From an uncultured virus (IMG/VR IMGVR_UViG_3300047557_000941) (lineage: Duplodnaviria; Heunggongvirae; Uroviricota; Caudoviricetes; Crassvirales): 20,000 bases of DNA. The DNA lies in IMG/VR virus record IMGVR_UViG_3300047557_000941, positions 45,152-65,151 of that record; one strand, 5' to 3'. Positions 1 to 8,137 of this stretch are shown piece after piece (the first letter of the stretch is position 1; each line of letters starts with the position of its first letter). Below the pieces are notes generated by a model, which was not told where the DNA came from, did no database searches, and saw only the letters and a program-made list of their open reading frames with translations. The position numbers and the translations under genes are program-made.

Positions 1-588
1 CTTAAGTTTATTGATTGCTGACTTGACTTGATCTGATAACTCATACTTCTTGGATAAGTTCTTGAACACATCCTCAGACTTTAGCCCTATGTTATCGACA
101 ACATAGTTGACTACTTTCTCCCAGTTCGCATCCCCTACCACAAGAGCAATCTTGCCTGCAGGTTTAGCCACCACCTTAGCAGGAGTGCCATCGGTTGCCT
201 CAGGGAAATCTTCTTTGGCATAGATGTTAAGAGCCAAGCCGTGTAATGCCAACGCCTTAACCGTGGAACGCTGAATAGTTTTGTTCACATCGAACGATGT
301 AAGACTAGCTAGTGGGATAGACTTGTTCATGTGATTCATTACTGGTAGATAGTCAATGTACTCCAAGCCATTGATGGTAACACCAACCTTGACCCAAGCC
401 GTAGCCCCATCTGAAAAGTAATTCATCCCAGTCTCTGATTCGTACACCGTACGTGTCATGTCAGGGAATAATTTCTTGCATTCTGCCCAAGCAGTAGCCC
501 AAGAAAGGTAAGATAATTGACCCCTCTTCTCGACTTTGGATGAGAGGTTGAGAGCAGATAACTGCTCGAACACTGATTTGTTAGACAT
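1..588 (-). CDS. Sak-like (DUF1071/Rad52-like) single-strand annealing protein, 3'-truncated by window edge
   Basis: Manual translation from ATG at 588: MSNKSVFEQLSALNLSSKVEKRGQLSYLSWATAW...YLPVMNHMNKSI...FDVNKTIQRSTVKALALHGLALNIYAKED. The YLSWA, LPVM and NKTIQRxxVKAxAxHGLxLxIY motifs match phage Sak/DUF1071. Open to position 1, so absent from the ORF track. Confidence 0.85.
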   Translation of the reverse strand, partial: MSNKSVFEQLSALNLSSKVEKRGQLSYLSWATAWAECKKLFPDMTRTVYESETGMNYFSDGATAWVKVGVTINGLEYIDYLPVMNHMNKSIPLASLTSFDVNKTIQRSTVKALALHGLALNIYAKEDFPEATDGTPAKVVAKPAGKIALVVGDANWEKVVNYVVDNIGLKSEDVFKNLSKKYELSDQVKSAINKLK

Positions 589-612
589 ATTAGATTAAGT
601 TAAAGTGAGCGA

Positions 613-643
613 CAAAGATAAAATTAAAATTGATATTTACAAA
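613..643 (-). promoter_or_regulatory. Bacteroidota sigma-ABfr-type promoter for the sak-like gene
   Basis: Minus strand reads TTTG-19 nt-TATCTTTG, the TTTG-N19-21-TAnnTTTG consensus, 24 nt upstream of the ATG. Confidence 0.8.
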
Positions 644-647
644 AAAA

Positions 648-1148
648 TTATTTCTCAAAAAGTTCTTTTAATAAGATAACTCTATTCTCTAAATCAAATA
701 AATCACCTGAATTAGGTATAATAATATGTGACTTTCGTAATATATTGATATCAAAAGAATCCAAAGGTTCATCTTGTTTGCGTGGGTCGTACACTCCAAT
801 AACTAAATCAAATATGCCATCACGTAAGCAAGCATCTAGTTCTTTATCACTACGCATACCAGTATAAATTTGGTTGTGATTCATGATATCTTTAGCTAGT
901 TGACCGGGATAGTCTTTGTTGTATTCGCAAATCATGTCGAACCATTCAGCTCTATGATTTACCCTGTCCTCAAAACATTCTTCCTCGGTTTTGTATCCAT
1001 ACTTTTCCTTTAAAGCATCAAATAAAAACAATCTTGATGCAGCTTGCGAACTACTCTCACTTTTGTACCCATAATGCTTGTTAATAAACTCAGCAACAGT
1101 GTCTTTCCCATGCCTTGCATGACCGATAATGCAAATTTTCTTTTTCAT
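648..1148 (-). CDS. deoxynucleoside monophosphate kinase-like P-loop protein
   Basis: N-terminal ICIIGHARHGKDTVAEFI Walker A variant; later GMRS..E resembles the D(V)R..E motif of phage dNMP kinases. Confidence 0.65.
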   Translation of the reverse strand: MKKKICIIGHARHGKDTVAEFINKHYGYKSESSSQAASRLFLFDALKEKYGYKTEEECFEDRVNHRAEWFDMICEYNKDYPGQLAKDIMNHNQIYTGMRSDKELDACLRDGIFDLVIGVYDPRKQDEPLDSFDINILRKSHIIIPNSGDLFDLENRVILLKELFEK

Positions 1149-1408
1149 AATGATTTAGATAAATTTAAAATGTATTCTTCTTGTTCATAAGATAATCTAA
1201 GGTAGTTTAAGTTAATCTTTTCAATTGCATCCTCAAATTCAATTTCCCTGACACTTAACTTATGAGTATCTCTAAAAATACCATTAGGTATGTTATACCC
1301 TTTATCTCTAATTTCTTCAAGCAATTCTTTAATTTCGCTATCTGAACATTCTCTTACGTACTCCCACGGAGAGATATCTATTTCAACATCGTGATTAAAT
1401 TCTGGCAT
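1145..1408 (-). CDS. hypothetical phage protein
   Basis: 87 aa ORF with a 4-nt overlap into the next gene. Confidence 0.7.
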   Translation of the reverse strand: MPEFNHDVEIDISPWEYVRECSDSEIKELLEEIRDKGYNIPNGIFRDTHKLSVREIEFEDAIEKINLNYLRLSYEQEEYILNLSKSL

Positions 1409-1419
1409 TGTTTTGTTGT

Positions 1420-1611
1420 TTAAAATGTTAAGTAATTAATTTTTTCTTCTAAAACTTTTACTACTCCATTGTGCATCTGATCTATTAAACCAAATACTAA
1501 TGCTACTTCTTTTTTATTTAATGCTACTTGATGATATGTATCATCCTTAGTTTTTATAATAATAACTAGACTATCTGCCTTGTATTCTTTTTCTGATTCT
1601 TCTTGTGTCAT
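1420..1611 (-). CDS. hypothetical phage protein
   Basis: 63 aa ORF in the tightly packed leftward operon. Confidence 0.65.
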   Translation of the reverse strand: MTQEESEKEYKADSLVIIIKTKDDTYHQVALNKKEVALVFGLIDQMHNGVVKVLEEKINYLTF

Positions 1612-1886
1612 ACTAAATATCTGTCTATTGCGTTAGTTAATTGCTCGTAATTTAAAGCACTCGCTATCTTAATGTTAAAGTAGCGTTGTTGCTCCAACCA
1701 GTGCTCAGGCAGAGCATCGAATTGGATGAGTAGGTAGTGGTAATCGCCTGATGCTTTAAGCACCAATAAATTCTTACCACCTACCACACTTGCGTACCGC
1801 AACCCTCTCTCCCGAAGGTGTCTGCGTGTCTTGGACAATAGTCCATCAGGCGTAATCTTGCGTCCCATTTCTTGGTACTGGCACAT
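1608..1886 (-). CDS. hypothetical protein (start uncertain, possibly MGRK)
   Basis: 92 aa ORF with a 4-nt overlap at its stop. Confidence 0.6.
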   Translation of the reverse strand: MCQYQEMGRKITPDGLLSKTRRHLRERGLRYASVVGGKNLLVLKASGDYHYLLIQFDALPEHWLEQQRYFNIKIASALNYEQLTNAIDRYLV

Positions 1887-2130
1887 GACCAGATTTAATT
1901 AAGCGTCTCTTCTTATAGTCAATGTATTTGTAAAAACTGAAGTGACCTAATTTGTGACGTTGCAATAACATACGCTTGTCACACACATCGCAGGTAGTGT
2001 GCATCGTTGTCTTGTTACCTGAGCGTTCAAATATCTTACGTAAGACATTCACATCGTGCTCGTGCCCACACCATGGGCATGCCGTATTGGATTCCTCGTA
2101 TCCTTCTCGGGATCTAGCTATTCTTTGCAT
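1846..2130 (-). CDS. zinc-ribbon protein
   Basis: CPWC...CDVC pair of CxxC motifs. Confidence 0.65.
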   Translation of the reverse strand: MQRIARSREGYEESNTACPWCGHEHDVNVLRKIFERSGNKTTMHTTCDVCDKRMLLQRHKLGHFSFYKYIDYKKRRLIKSGHVPVPRNGTQDYA

Positions 2131-2402
2131 ACAACTTTTCTTTCTATTTTCTTTTCTCTGAATTCAATATGTTTCTTTGCTACTTCAATAGATTTGAATC
2201 TTGTCCCTTCGGTAGATCCGTATACTCTATAAAATTGAACTGCATACCATCTTTTAAATGTCATCCATAAAAATTTTTCTATTACTAATTCTTGCACATG
2301 ATAAGTTGATTCATATTCAATTTCGGGTACAAAATTTGCAATTCCCTGTGTGTTTTGGGATAACACTGGTACTTTGGTTTCTATTATTCTATATCTTTCC
2401 AT
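2118..2402 (-). CDS. hypothetical phage protein
   Basis: ORF 2118..2450; the likelier start is MERYRIIE (ATG at 2402), which minimises overlap. Confidence 0.6.
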   Translation of the reverse strand: MERYRIIETKVPVLSQNTQGIANFVPEIEYESTYHVQELVIEKFLWMTFKRWYAVQFYRVYGSTEGTRFKSIEVAKKHIEFREKKIERKVVCKE

Positions 2403-2655
2403 ATGTTTTGTTATAGTATTGTTCAGGTGTATCATAAATTGGAGTACCAATTTGCGTAAACATTACTCCATCTTCAAATCCTGAGTCATTAGCATCGATT
2501 ATTTGTTCTTTCTCTTTACTAATTAAGTGTTCTGCTAATTCAATTGATGATACTAAAGACGTGGCCTCGTTAATCATTCCTGATTTTGTATACACAATAT
2601 GCTTTTGTATCAAATCAGAATACATTTCTTGCATTGCCGTTTGTTTCTTTGTCAT
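2389..2655 (-). CDS. hypothetical phage protein
   Basis: 88 aa; MTKKQTA...EKEQIIDA...EQYYNKTY pattern recalled from small Bacteroidota-phage proteins. Confidence 0.7.
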   Translation of the reverse strand: MTKKQTAMQEMYSDLIQKHIVYTKSGMINEATSLVSSIELAEHLISKEKEQIIDANDSGFEDGVMFTQIGTPIYDTPEQYYNKTYGKI

Positions 2656-2786
2656 GATAGTCTAATTAAAATGTAAATACAAAGCAGTGCACTAAGTGTA
2701 CCTGATACACCAATAATAGCACCAATAACAAATTGTCTGAAGGCAATCTCTGAGACTTCCTTGCAGTTAAACTTCTCATTCTCCAT
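2652..2786 (-). CDS. small membrane protein (44 aa, below ORF-track cutoff)
   Basis: MENEKFNCKEVSEIAFRQFVIGAIIGVSGTLSALLCIYILIRLS*; fills the gap with an ATGA overlap; one hydrophobic helix. Confidence 0.6.
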   Translation of the reverse strand: MENEKFNCKEVSEIAFRQFVIGAIIGVSGTLSALLCIYILIRLS

Positions 2787-3132
2787 CTAATTGCATTTGT
2801 TTAATGGCACGCTCTTCTTGTCTCTGCTCAATTAATGATAAACCAGTGACTAAATTCTTTTTGCCTGCCTTGATTAGTTCTTGTTCGTACTCCTTCATCT
2901 TCTTGATGCCATAAATAACTGTGGCATGCTCAACTGGATAGCCGTAACGCTCACAATATCTTTGTATCTCAGATATTTTAAAGCCTGCCTCGTGCAACAA
3001 AAAATAAAAATGTTGTCGGGCCCTGACCACTGGGTGGAATCTGGTATTGAGAAATATATCTTTCTTTCTAATTCGGTGACGATAGCACACCTTGCGTGCT
3101 ATAACGTCCATTGCATCAACGTCTGTTATCAT
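2776..3132 (-). CDS. DnaA C-terminal-like (domain IV) HTH DNA-binding protein
   Basis: RFHPVVRARQHFYFLL...SEI...EHATVIYGIKK resembles the DnaA_C signature R....ARQ...S..IG..RDHSTVIHA. Confidence 0.6.
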   Translation of the reverse strand: MITDVDAMDVIARKVCYRHRIRKKDIFLNTRFHPVVRARQHFYFLLHEAGFKISEIQRYCERYGYPVEHATVIYGIKKMKEYEQELIKAGKKNLVTGLSLIEQRQEERAIKQMQLDGE

Positions 3133-3280
3133 TGTTTTTTAAATCATTAACGTAAACACCTAGTGCTAGTACTAGCACGCCGGCAGTAAATAATAAAAAG
3201 GTGGCAGTCATGTAGCCTAGATAGGCTGACAAAAGGACCAAGGCAAATAGCCCATAGGAAATTTTAAATAGTGAATTCAT
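3116..3280 (-). CDS. small two-TM membrane protein
   Basis: Likely start MNSLFKISY (ATG at 3280) within ORF 3116..3376; two hydrophobic segments. Confidence 0.55.
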   Translation of the reverse strand: MNSLFKISYGLFALVLLSAYLGYMTATFLLFTAGVLVLALGVYVNDLKNNDNRR

Positions 3281-3348
3281 AGTAAATGTCCAATTATTGC
3301 GACCAAAATGGTCAGTATCCACAAAATAATTATTGTTCTTGTTTTCAA
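3277..3348 (-). CDS. tiny hydrophobic peptide (23 aa, TTG start)
   Basis: MKTRTIIILWILTILVAIIGHLL*; 4-nt start/stop overlaps with both neighbours. Confidence 0.4.
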   Translation of the reverse strand: MKTRTIIILWILTILVAIIGHLL

Positions 3349-3587
3349 AGCTCTGTATATTGAGAGATAATCTCATCGAAATCTCTGATTAAATTCTTAC
3401 TGATATTATCGTAGCTAGTCCATAGCCAATCGCTACCATCGTAGCACTGGAGAATATATTTCTTGGTGATCGGATCTCGTGTAAACTTCATTTGCACCGT
3501 ACGTTTGGTTGCGGTCGGTAGGTAGAATGTCCCCCCTTTCGTGCCAGAAATTATCAGTTCTCTGAATCTGTCTATTTGCTCTATCAT
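3345..3587 (-). CDS. hypothetical protein
   Basis: 80 aa ORF with A-rich start context. Confidence 0.6.
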   Translation of the reverse strand: MIEQIDRFRELIISGTKGGTFYLPTATKRTVQMKFTRDPITKKYILQCYDGSDWLWTSYDNISKNLIRDFDEIISQYTEL

Positions 3588-3714
3588 TATTTTGTTGGTC
3601 TAAGAATTGCTGATGCTTTGCATTATTGTATTGCTCCACAAATTGTAAGATTTGATTATCGTATTCGCAAGCCTGCCCGAACTGAGCATACTCGCACCAT
3701 TCGTTGTATGTCAT
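3433..3714 (-). CDS. hypothetical protein
   Basis: Starts 1 nt after the upstream stop; C-terminal part overlaps the next gene by 155 nt. Confidence 0.5.
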   Translation of the reverse strand: MTYNEWCEYAQFGQACEYDNQILQFVEQYNNAKHQQFLDQQNNDRANRQIQRTDNFWHERGDILPTDRNQTYGANEVYTRSDHQEIYSPVLRW

Positions 3715-3715
3715 G

Positions 3716-3937
3716 TTAGTATTTATCTAGTTCGTTTAAAATTGGAACAATAGTCTCTTGTAAATCATTAATGATGTCTATCATCTCTTCATCTTCTAAG
3801 TGGTCTTTAATCCAATCAAGTTTGCAATAGTAAACATCACCTAATTTTAAAGGCTCATTTGTCTCGTCGTCAGTCCAATTGTCCCAATTGACTATATTCA
3901 TTGCTTTTTGTAATTGCGTTTCTAAGGTCGTATTCAT
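3716..3937 (-). CDS. acidic hypothetical protein
   Basis: 73 aa, D/E-rich; leader TAAACGCAATTTAAA-ATG. Confidence 0.65.
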   Translation of the reverse strand: MNTTLETQLQKAMNIVNWDNWTDDETNEPLKLGDVYYCKLDWIKDHLEDEEMIDIINDLQETIVPILNELDKY

Positions 3938-3957
3938 TTTAAATTGCGTTTAGTTTT

Positions 3958-4296
3958 TTATAAAAGGATTTTTAATTTATTTAACATCTCTTCGCCACCA
4001 TCAAACACTCCATTGTATTCTAGCCAGTACTTGAGTAAATCAAAATCTCTTAGCTCCATATTGTTGGCGTAATGTTGGTCAAATGTTTTGCTAGGGAAAT
4101 TTATGAAATCTATTTCAGCCATATATTTTGCTAAGTACTCTTTAAATTTATTTGATGGTTTTGTGGAATCTAATTTAAATTCTTGCTTCTCTGTATTGCA
4201 GTCTTCACAAATTCCATCAAACCAAAGGTCATGTCGACCCTTCAGTTCACCACATTCGTGGCACGACCAAATGTCTTGTGATTTAGTTAGTCCCAT
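3958..4296 (-). CDS. N-terminal zinc-finger protein
   Basis: CHEC...CEDC; leader TAAACGCAATATAAA-ATG. Confidence 0.65.
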   Translation of the reverse strand: MGLTKSQDIWSCHECGELKGRHDLWFDGICEDCNTEKQEFKLDSTKPSNKFKEYLAKYMAEIDFINFPSKTFDQHYANNMELRDFDLLKYWLEYNGVFDGGEEMLNKLKILL

Positions 4297-4297
4297 T

Positions 4298-4507
4298 TTA
4301 TATTGCGTTTAAATAATCTTGCACCTTTGTCACACTCACCCCAATTGAGGTAAGATAGTCTTCGAGCTCGTCGTTCATTGAGGTGAAATATTTCTGTTCC
4401 ACCTCTTCTCGAGTTAGTTTGTCCACTAACTGGGATTTAATTAAGCCACCGATCGAGGTGGTTAAGTATAAGGTATACCCTGCGGTCTTAAATGATTTGC
4501 GTGCCAT
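4298..4507 (-). CDS. hypothetical protein
   Basis: 69 aa, abuts both neighbours. Confidence 0.6.
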   Translation of the reverse strand: MARKSFKTAGYTLYLTTSIGGLIKSQLVDKLTREEVEQKYFTSMNDELEDYLTSIGVSVTKVQDYLNAI

Positions 4508-4800
4508 TATTTTTCGAATAAGTTTTGATAAATTTTTTCATATAGTAACTCAGATATTGCACTCATTACAACCGATGAAGATATCGCTTCATTCAGTATT
4601 TGCATCAACTGCTCATGAGTCAGTTCATTCTCAGTAAAATATATACTCTTAATTCCTGAATAGGTATCGATTGCGTCATCAAGTAACCACATCGTATCTG
4701 TTGCATACTCTTTTGAGTGGTACACGTCGTAACCACGGGCCCATAATTCACGGGTTAGTTCAGTGGTGCTAAACTCTTTTAAGTCTTTCATATCGTGCAT
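4507..4800 (-). CDS. hypothetical protein
   Basis: 97 aa ORF in the operon. Confidence 0.6.
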   Translation of the reverse strand: MHDMKDLKEFSTTELTRELWARGYDVYHSKEYATDTMWLLDDAIDTYSGIKSIYFTENELTHEQLMQILNEAISSSVVMSAISELLYEKIYQNLFEK

Positions 4801-4976
4801 GATTCTATAATTGAATAATATTTATCATATAACTCATTGAACTCATCTTGTGCCTCTTCTGTGTAAGTCGTCGAGTCTTCGCCGTCTTTGTATACTGCAC
4901 CATAATTCATATGCAGTATTAAATCAGCGTGGGCCAGTTCACTAGCCAGTTCTAAAATGTTTATCGTTACGTTCAT
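4788..4976 (-). CDS. acidic hypothetical protein
   Basis: 62 aa; TAATG overlap with the upstream gene. Confidence 0.65.
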   Translation of the reverse strand: MNVTINILELASELAHADLILHMNYGAVYKDGEDSTTYTEEAQDEFNELYDKYYSIIESCTI

Positions 4977-5203
4977 TAGTTTTGTGGGTTATTTAATAGC
5001 ATGATAGATATTAATTCTGAATTTGTATGCTCATCGTATAGGTCCTCTTCTGCGTGGTTAACCGCCTCGTCATCTGAATCTCTATCTGTTCGATAATACA
5101 CGTCGACCTTTGATAAATCGTAGACTTTGTCTAGTTCTAAAAGATATTCTAATAGCTTATTTGCCTTCATCGCCGTATGGTCTATAGGTTGTAAAAAATA
5201 CAT
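4976..5203 (-). CDS. acidic hypothetical protein (start may be MKANK at 5170)
   Basis: 75 aa ORF, D/E-rich. Confidence 0.55.
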   Translation of the reverse strand: MYFLQPIDHTAMKANKLLEYLLELDKVYDLSKVDVYYRTDRDSDDEAVNHAEEDLYDEHTNSELISIMLLNNPQN

Positions 5204-5420
5204 TATCTTTCTTGAATGTTATTTTAATGCATGAAATTTCTTCTACAATTTCATAGTTCGCACGTATCATGGCCTTAATAAATTCAAAGTCAAATTTGAA
5301 ATGCAACCAAATTGTTCCTTCAGCCATTGACGTTTCAATAACTTCTAATCCTATACTTTCAAAGTGATTTATAAGTCCTTCTAATTGTTTCAGTGTTTCT
5401 AATAAATATTTCTTCTTCAT
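5157..5420 (-). CDS. hypothetical protein
   Basis: 87 aa, preceded by the repeated early leader motif. Confidence 0.6.
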   Translation of the reverse strand: MKKKYLLETLKQLEGLINHFESIGLEVIETSMAEGTIWLHFKFDFEFIKAMIRANYEIVEEISCIKITFKKDNVFFTTYRPYGDEGK

Positions 5421-5428
5421 GATTGTAT

Positions 5429-6079
5429 TTAGTTTGAGGTGATTAAATTTAGTTCTTCGGCGGTGTATTCTACCCCGTGCTCATCTACCACGGTGATATA
5501 TTCTAGCTCGTCCTCAATTTCGCTTTGTCCCATGTACTCAGAAATGTATTCCGCATATTCGTTGACCTTGAATAATTTCGCATCTGTGTACCCTCCGCGA
5601 ACGTCTGCACCATTGTGTATTTGAATAAGTGCGTAATCCTCATATTGCCCGTCTACAAATAAACGCAATGAGACACCCTGCAAAGTTTGGGAAAGGTCGC
5701 TATCTCCATTGTATGTGTTCCACTCTCTGGGGTTTTTATCATATCCGATCTCGTTTAAAAATGCTTGATGCTTTGCGGATACTCCGTAGAAATCGCCGTC
5801 CCAGTCTGTGGATTTAATGCGGTTGAATTTATCACAAATAGAGTCTAATTCGTGCGTCATTGAAATGTAATGAAATACGGATACACTCCGCTCGATATAA
5901 TCATCGTTTCTATATTTTATATATAGTTCCGCTGGCTCATTTGCAAAGTCTTCGATTGTTTTCTTTGCGTTGCGTTGCCACATCCGGCCATCTGTCCCAC
6001 CTGAATCGAGGAAGTGCACGCCCGTGTTTTCTGTTAACATTTTGTAAACTAACTTTTGGATTTGTGTGTACTTTTTCAT
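5429..6079 (-). CDS. hypothetical early phage protein
   Basis: 216 aa; conserved-looking motifs ENTGxHFLDSGG..GRMWQRN, WNTYNGDSDLSQTLQG and QIHNGADVRGGYTD; no function assignable. Confidence 0.75.
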   Translation of the reverse strand: MKKYTQIQKLVYKMLTENTGVHFLDSGGTDGRMWQRNAKKTIEDFANEPAELYIKYRNDDYIERSVSVFHYISMTHELDSICDKFNRIKSTDWDGDFYGVSAKHQAFLNEIGYDKNPREWNTYNGDSDLSQTLQGVSLRLFVDGQYEDYALIQIHNGADVRGGYTDAKLFKVNEYAEYISEYMGQSEIEDELEYITVVDEHGVEYTAEELNLITSN

Positions 6080-6103
6080 GATTGCGTATTTTTTAAAATG
6101 TGA

Positions 6104-6271
6104 TTAACAATGGTAAATAGTTTTTTCTAATTCGACTAAATCTAGATTATTATTGTATTGCGTGGCTAAAATTGTAGCCTTTCCGTATGCGGAAAATCTG
6201 CTATTTGCTTTTACTTTAATTTCTTTCTTTTCGCCTCCGAAATAATAAGCGTTAAAAATGTAGGTATCCAT
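6104..6271 (-). CDS. small hypothetical protein (55 aa, not in ORF track)
   Basis: MDTYIFNAYYFGGEKKEIKVKANSRFSAYGKATILATQYNNNLDLVELEKTIYHC*; preceded by the leader motif AAAAAATACGCTC-ATG. Confidence 0.6.
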   Translation of the reverse strand: MDTYIFNAYYFGGEKKEIKVKANSRFSAYGKATILATQYNNNLDLVELEKTIYHC

Positions 6272-6281
6272 GAGCGTATTT

Positions 6282-6515
6282 TTATAGGTTGTTAATTTGA
6301 TTTTCTAAGTCGTTAATATTGTAAGATTGGAACACAATACCACCACCGAAGGATTTAGTATGATATTTTTTCCCGCCTATTGTGTTCGCCTTCTTGCATG
6401 CAAGGGCGTATTTTTGGTCAATGCTTAAGCCTTCGCCATCAATAGGTATATTTAAAAAGTGCGTAACGTAGCGAGGGTTTCCGTTTGTGTCGTTGTTTAT
6501 TCTAGTGAATTCCAT
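6282..6515 (-). CDS. conserved small early phage protein
   Basis: NNDTNGNPRYVTHFL...GGKKYH.KSFGGGIVFQSYN pattern recalled from phage early regions; preceded by the leader motif. Confidence 0.7.
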   Translation of the reverse strand: MEFTRINNDTNGNPRYVTHFLNIPIDGEGLSIDQKYALACKKANTIGGKKYHTKSFGGGIVFQSYNINDLENQINNL

Positions 6516-6544
6516 AGTAGTATTTTTTAAGGTGATTAAATTAT

Positions 6545-6757
6545 TTATAGGACTAGTCCAAAATCTAAAAATGTATTTGCGTCCTTATTCGCTTCGTCAA
6601 TTTCAGAAGCCAAATAAAGTTTTAACGTATTGTATTTTTCTTGGAAGTAAAACTCAATTACAACCTTGTCAAGTAGTTTGGAAATTACTACGGATTTTTC
6701 CCCCTTTGTAGCTTTGTTTACGCCGGTCAAATTTTGAATTTCTAGGTAATTGTTCAT
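6545..6757 (-). CDS. first gene of the leftward early operon, hypothetical
   Basis: 70 aa, downstream of the TACCTTTG promoter element. Confidence 0.6.
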   Translation of the reverse strand: MNNYLEIQNLTGVNKATKGEKSVVISKLLDKVVIEFYFQEKYNTLKLYLASEIDEANKDANTFLDFGLVL

Positions 6758-6792
6758 TGCGTTATTTTTTAAGGTGTGTTTGATTTCTTTTT

Positions 6793-6826
6793 CAAAGGTA
6801 AAAAAAGATTTCGAATAAACAATACA
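6793..6826 (-). promoter_or_regulatory. Bacteroidota-type promoter driving the leftward early arm
   Basis: Minus strand TACCTTTG (6800-6793) with TTG about 20 nt upstream. Confidence 0.7.
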
Positions 6827-7246
6827 ACACGTAAAAAAAAATGCAAAGTTTTTTACGATATTTTTAAAATATGGCTAATTGTAGCGTATTGACGTGTTTT
6901 GTGTTAAAAATATTTTGGCGTGTGTAGTCGAGTGCGTGAAAAAAATTGAGCGTTTGAAATCGTGCGGGATTTGTGGCGGTGGGTAACAGAGTCAGCGTGT
7001 ACACCTCAACCGCTTTTTGTTTACGTCTGTGTTGAGCCGTGCGAAATCGTAACAGACAGAGGGCAGAGCGGAGCCAAACGAGCGGAGCCCGTCGCCGTGA
7101 CCCATGGCACCCAGAAAAGCCAAAAAATCTACGGCAATTTTCCCAAATCGTACCCCCCGTACCAAGATCCAGGGCGTTTCCGGATTGGCCCCGGCCGGCT
7201 GAGATGGTGGTGTTACCCAAAACCCATATTTATCTAATAAAATTTT

Positions 7247-7254
7247 TAACTTTG
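7247..7254 (+). promoter_or_regulatory. Bacteroidota -7 element TAACTTTG
   Basis: TAnnTTTG 22 nt upstream of ATG 7277. Confidence 0.6.
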
Positions 7255-7276
7255 CCTAAACCAAAACAAACAAACA

Positions 7277-7417
7277 ATGGCAAAAATGATTAAAGAATAT
7301 GGTGGCAAGGAGAAGTACGCTTCTAAGTCTGCTATGATGAAGCACGAGAAAAAGGAAGGCAAGAAGGTAGAGAAGATGGAGAAGAAAGGTGTCTTTCCAA
7401 AGATGAAAAAGAAATAA
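7277..7417 (+). CDS. small Lys-rich protein (46 aa, not in ORF track)
   Basis: MAKMIKEYGGKEKYASKSAMMKHEKKEGKKVEKMEKKGVFPKMKKK*; has its own promoter and terminator. Confidence 0.7.
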   Translation: MAKMIKEYGGKEKYASKSAMMKHEKKEGKKVEKMEKKGVFPKMKKK

Positions 7418-7447
7418 TTTTTATTTTAAACATCGTACTATTTAAAG

Positions 7448-7475
7448 AGACTTGGCTATGCTGAGTCTTTTTTTT
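7448..7475 (+). terminator. intrinsic terminator
   Basis: AGACTTGGC-TAT-GCTGAGTCT stem (two G-U pairs) followed by a T-run. Confidence 0.7.
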
Positions 7476-7489
7476 GCTCATTATCTTGT

Positions 7490-7755
7490 CTGTTTATACA
7501 ATTCGTACACTTTTGTGACTTCTTTGTGTACAAAATATGTACAACTTGTATTTTCTTACAACCACTTAACTTATTGATTATTAGTTATTTATATTAAGTA
7601 TTTATTCTTTTATGAACAAAATGAACAAAATAAATAAGAAAAGTAAAAAAAATTTCACACGCTCAAAATAAAAAAATATATTTACGTAATGTGGCAAAAA
7701 AGTTTGCAAGTTTACATATTGTACATTTCATTTGTTTTTAGTATATTTGTACAAC
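7490..7755. other. putative replication origin (AT-rich; TGTACA/TGAACA repeats; IHF-like site)
   Basis: TGTACAA at 7527 and 7538, tandem ATGAACAAA at 7612/7621, TTGTACA at 7719/7747; rc AATCAATAAGTTA at 7567-7579 matches WATCAANNNNTTR. Confidence 0.4.
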
Positions 7756-7768
7756 TAATAAATATAAT

Positions 7769-8086
7769 ATGAAACCATACTTTTCAAAACCTACAAAATT
7801 GATCAGAGTTAACATCTCTCAGGAGGGTTGTGACACTGAGCATTTAATGTTCCAGGATTGCGACTTATTGCAATGTGCTCAAGAGCTAATGGGATTCTCT
7901 CACGAGATGGTAACGAGTGCAGATTCTAATCCATATGACAAGAAGTTAACTATCCAGTGTCGTGAATGGGAGAACTCTAGAAACGGCTTGTCTAACACTT
8001 TTAGTTTCTTTGGACCAAGTCCGAGTAGCATGAAGGGTCTTATACTAAGACATTTTGGCTATGGGCTAGAATATGAGGACAAATAA
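7769..8086 (+). CDS. hypothetical protein
   Basis: 105 aa; TATATTTG -7 element at 7742-7749. Confidence 0.65.
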   Translation: MKPYFSKPTKLIRVNISQEGCDTEHLMFQDCDLLQCAQELMGFSHEMVTSADSNPYDKKLTIQCREWENSRNGLSNTFSFFGPSPSSMKGLILRHFGYGLEYEDK

Positions 8087-8137
8087 TCTTGCTTGGCATT
8101 ACAATTGTATATAAATTTGTAACAAATAAAATCTAAA

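Noticed and set aside
6864..7293. Three overlapping ORFs in the GC-rich island
   Set aside because: Stop-poor because of GC content; atypical composition and mutual overlap.
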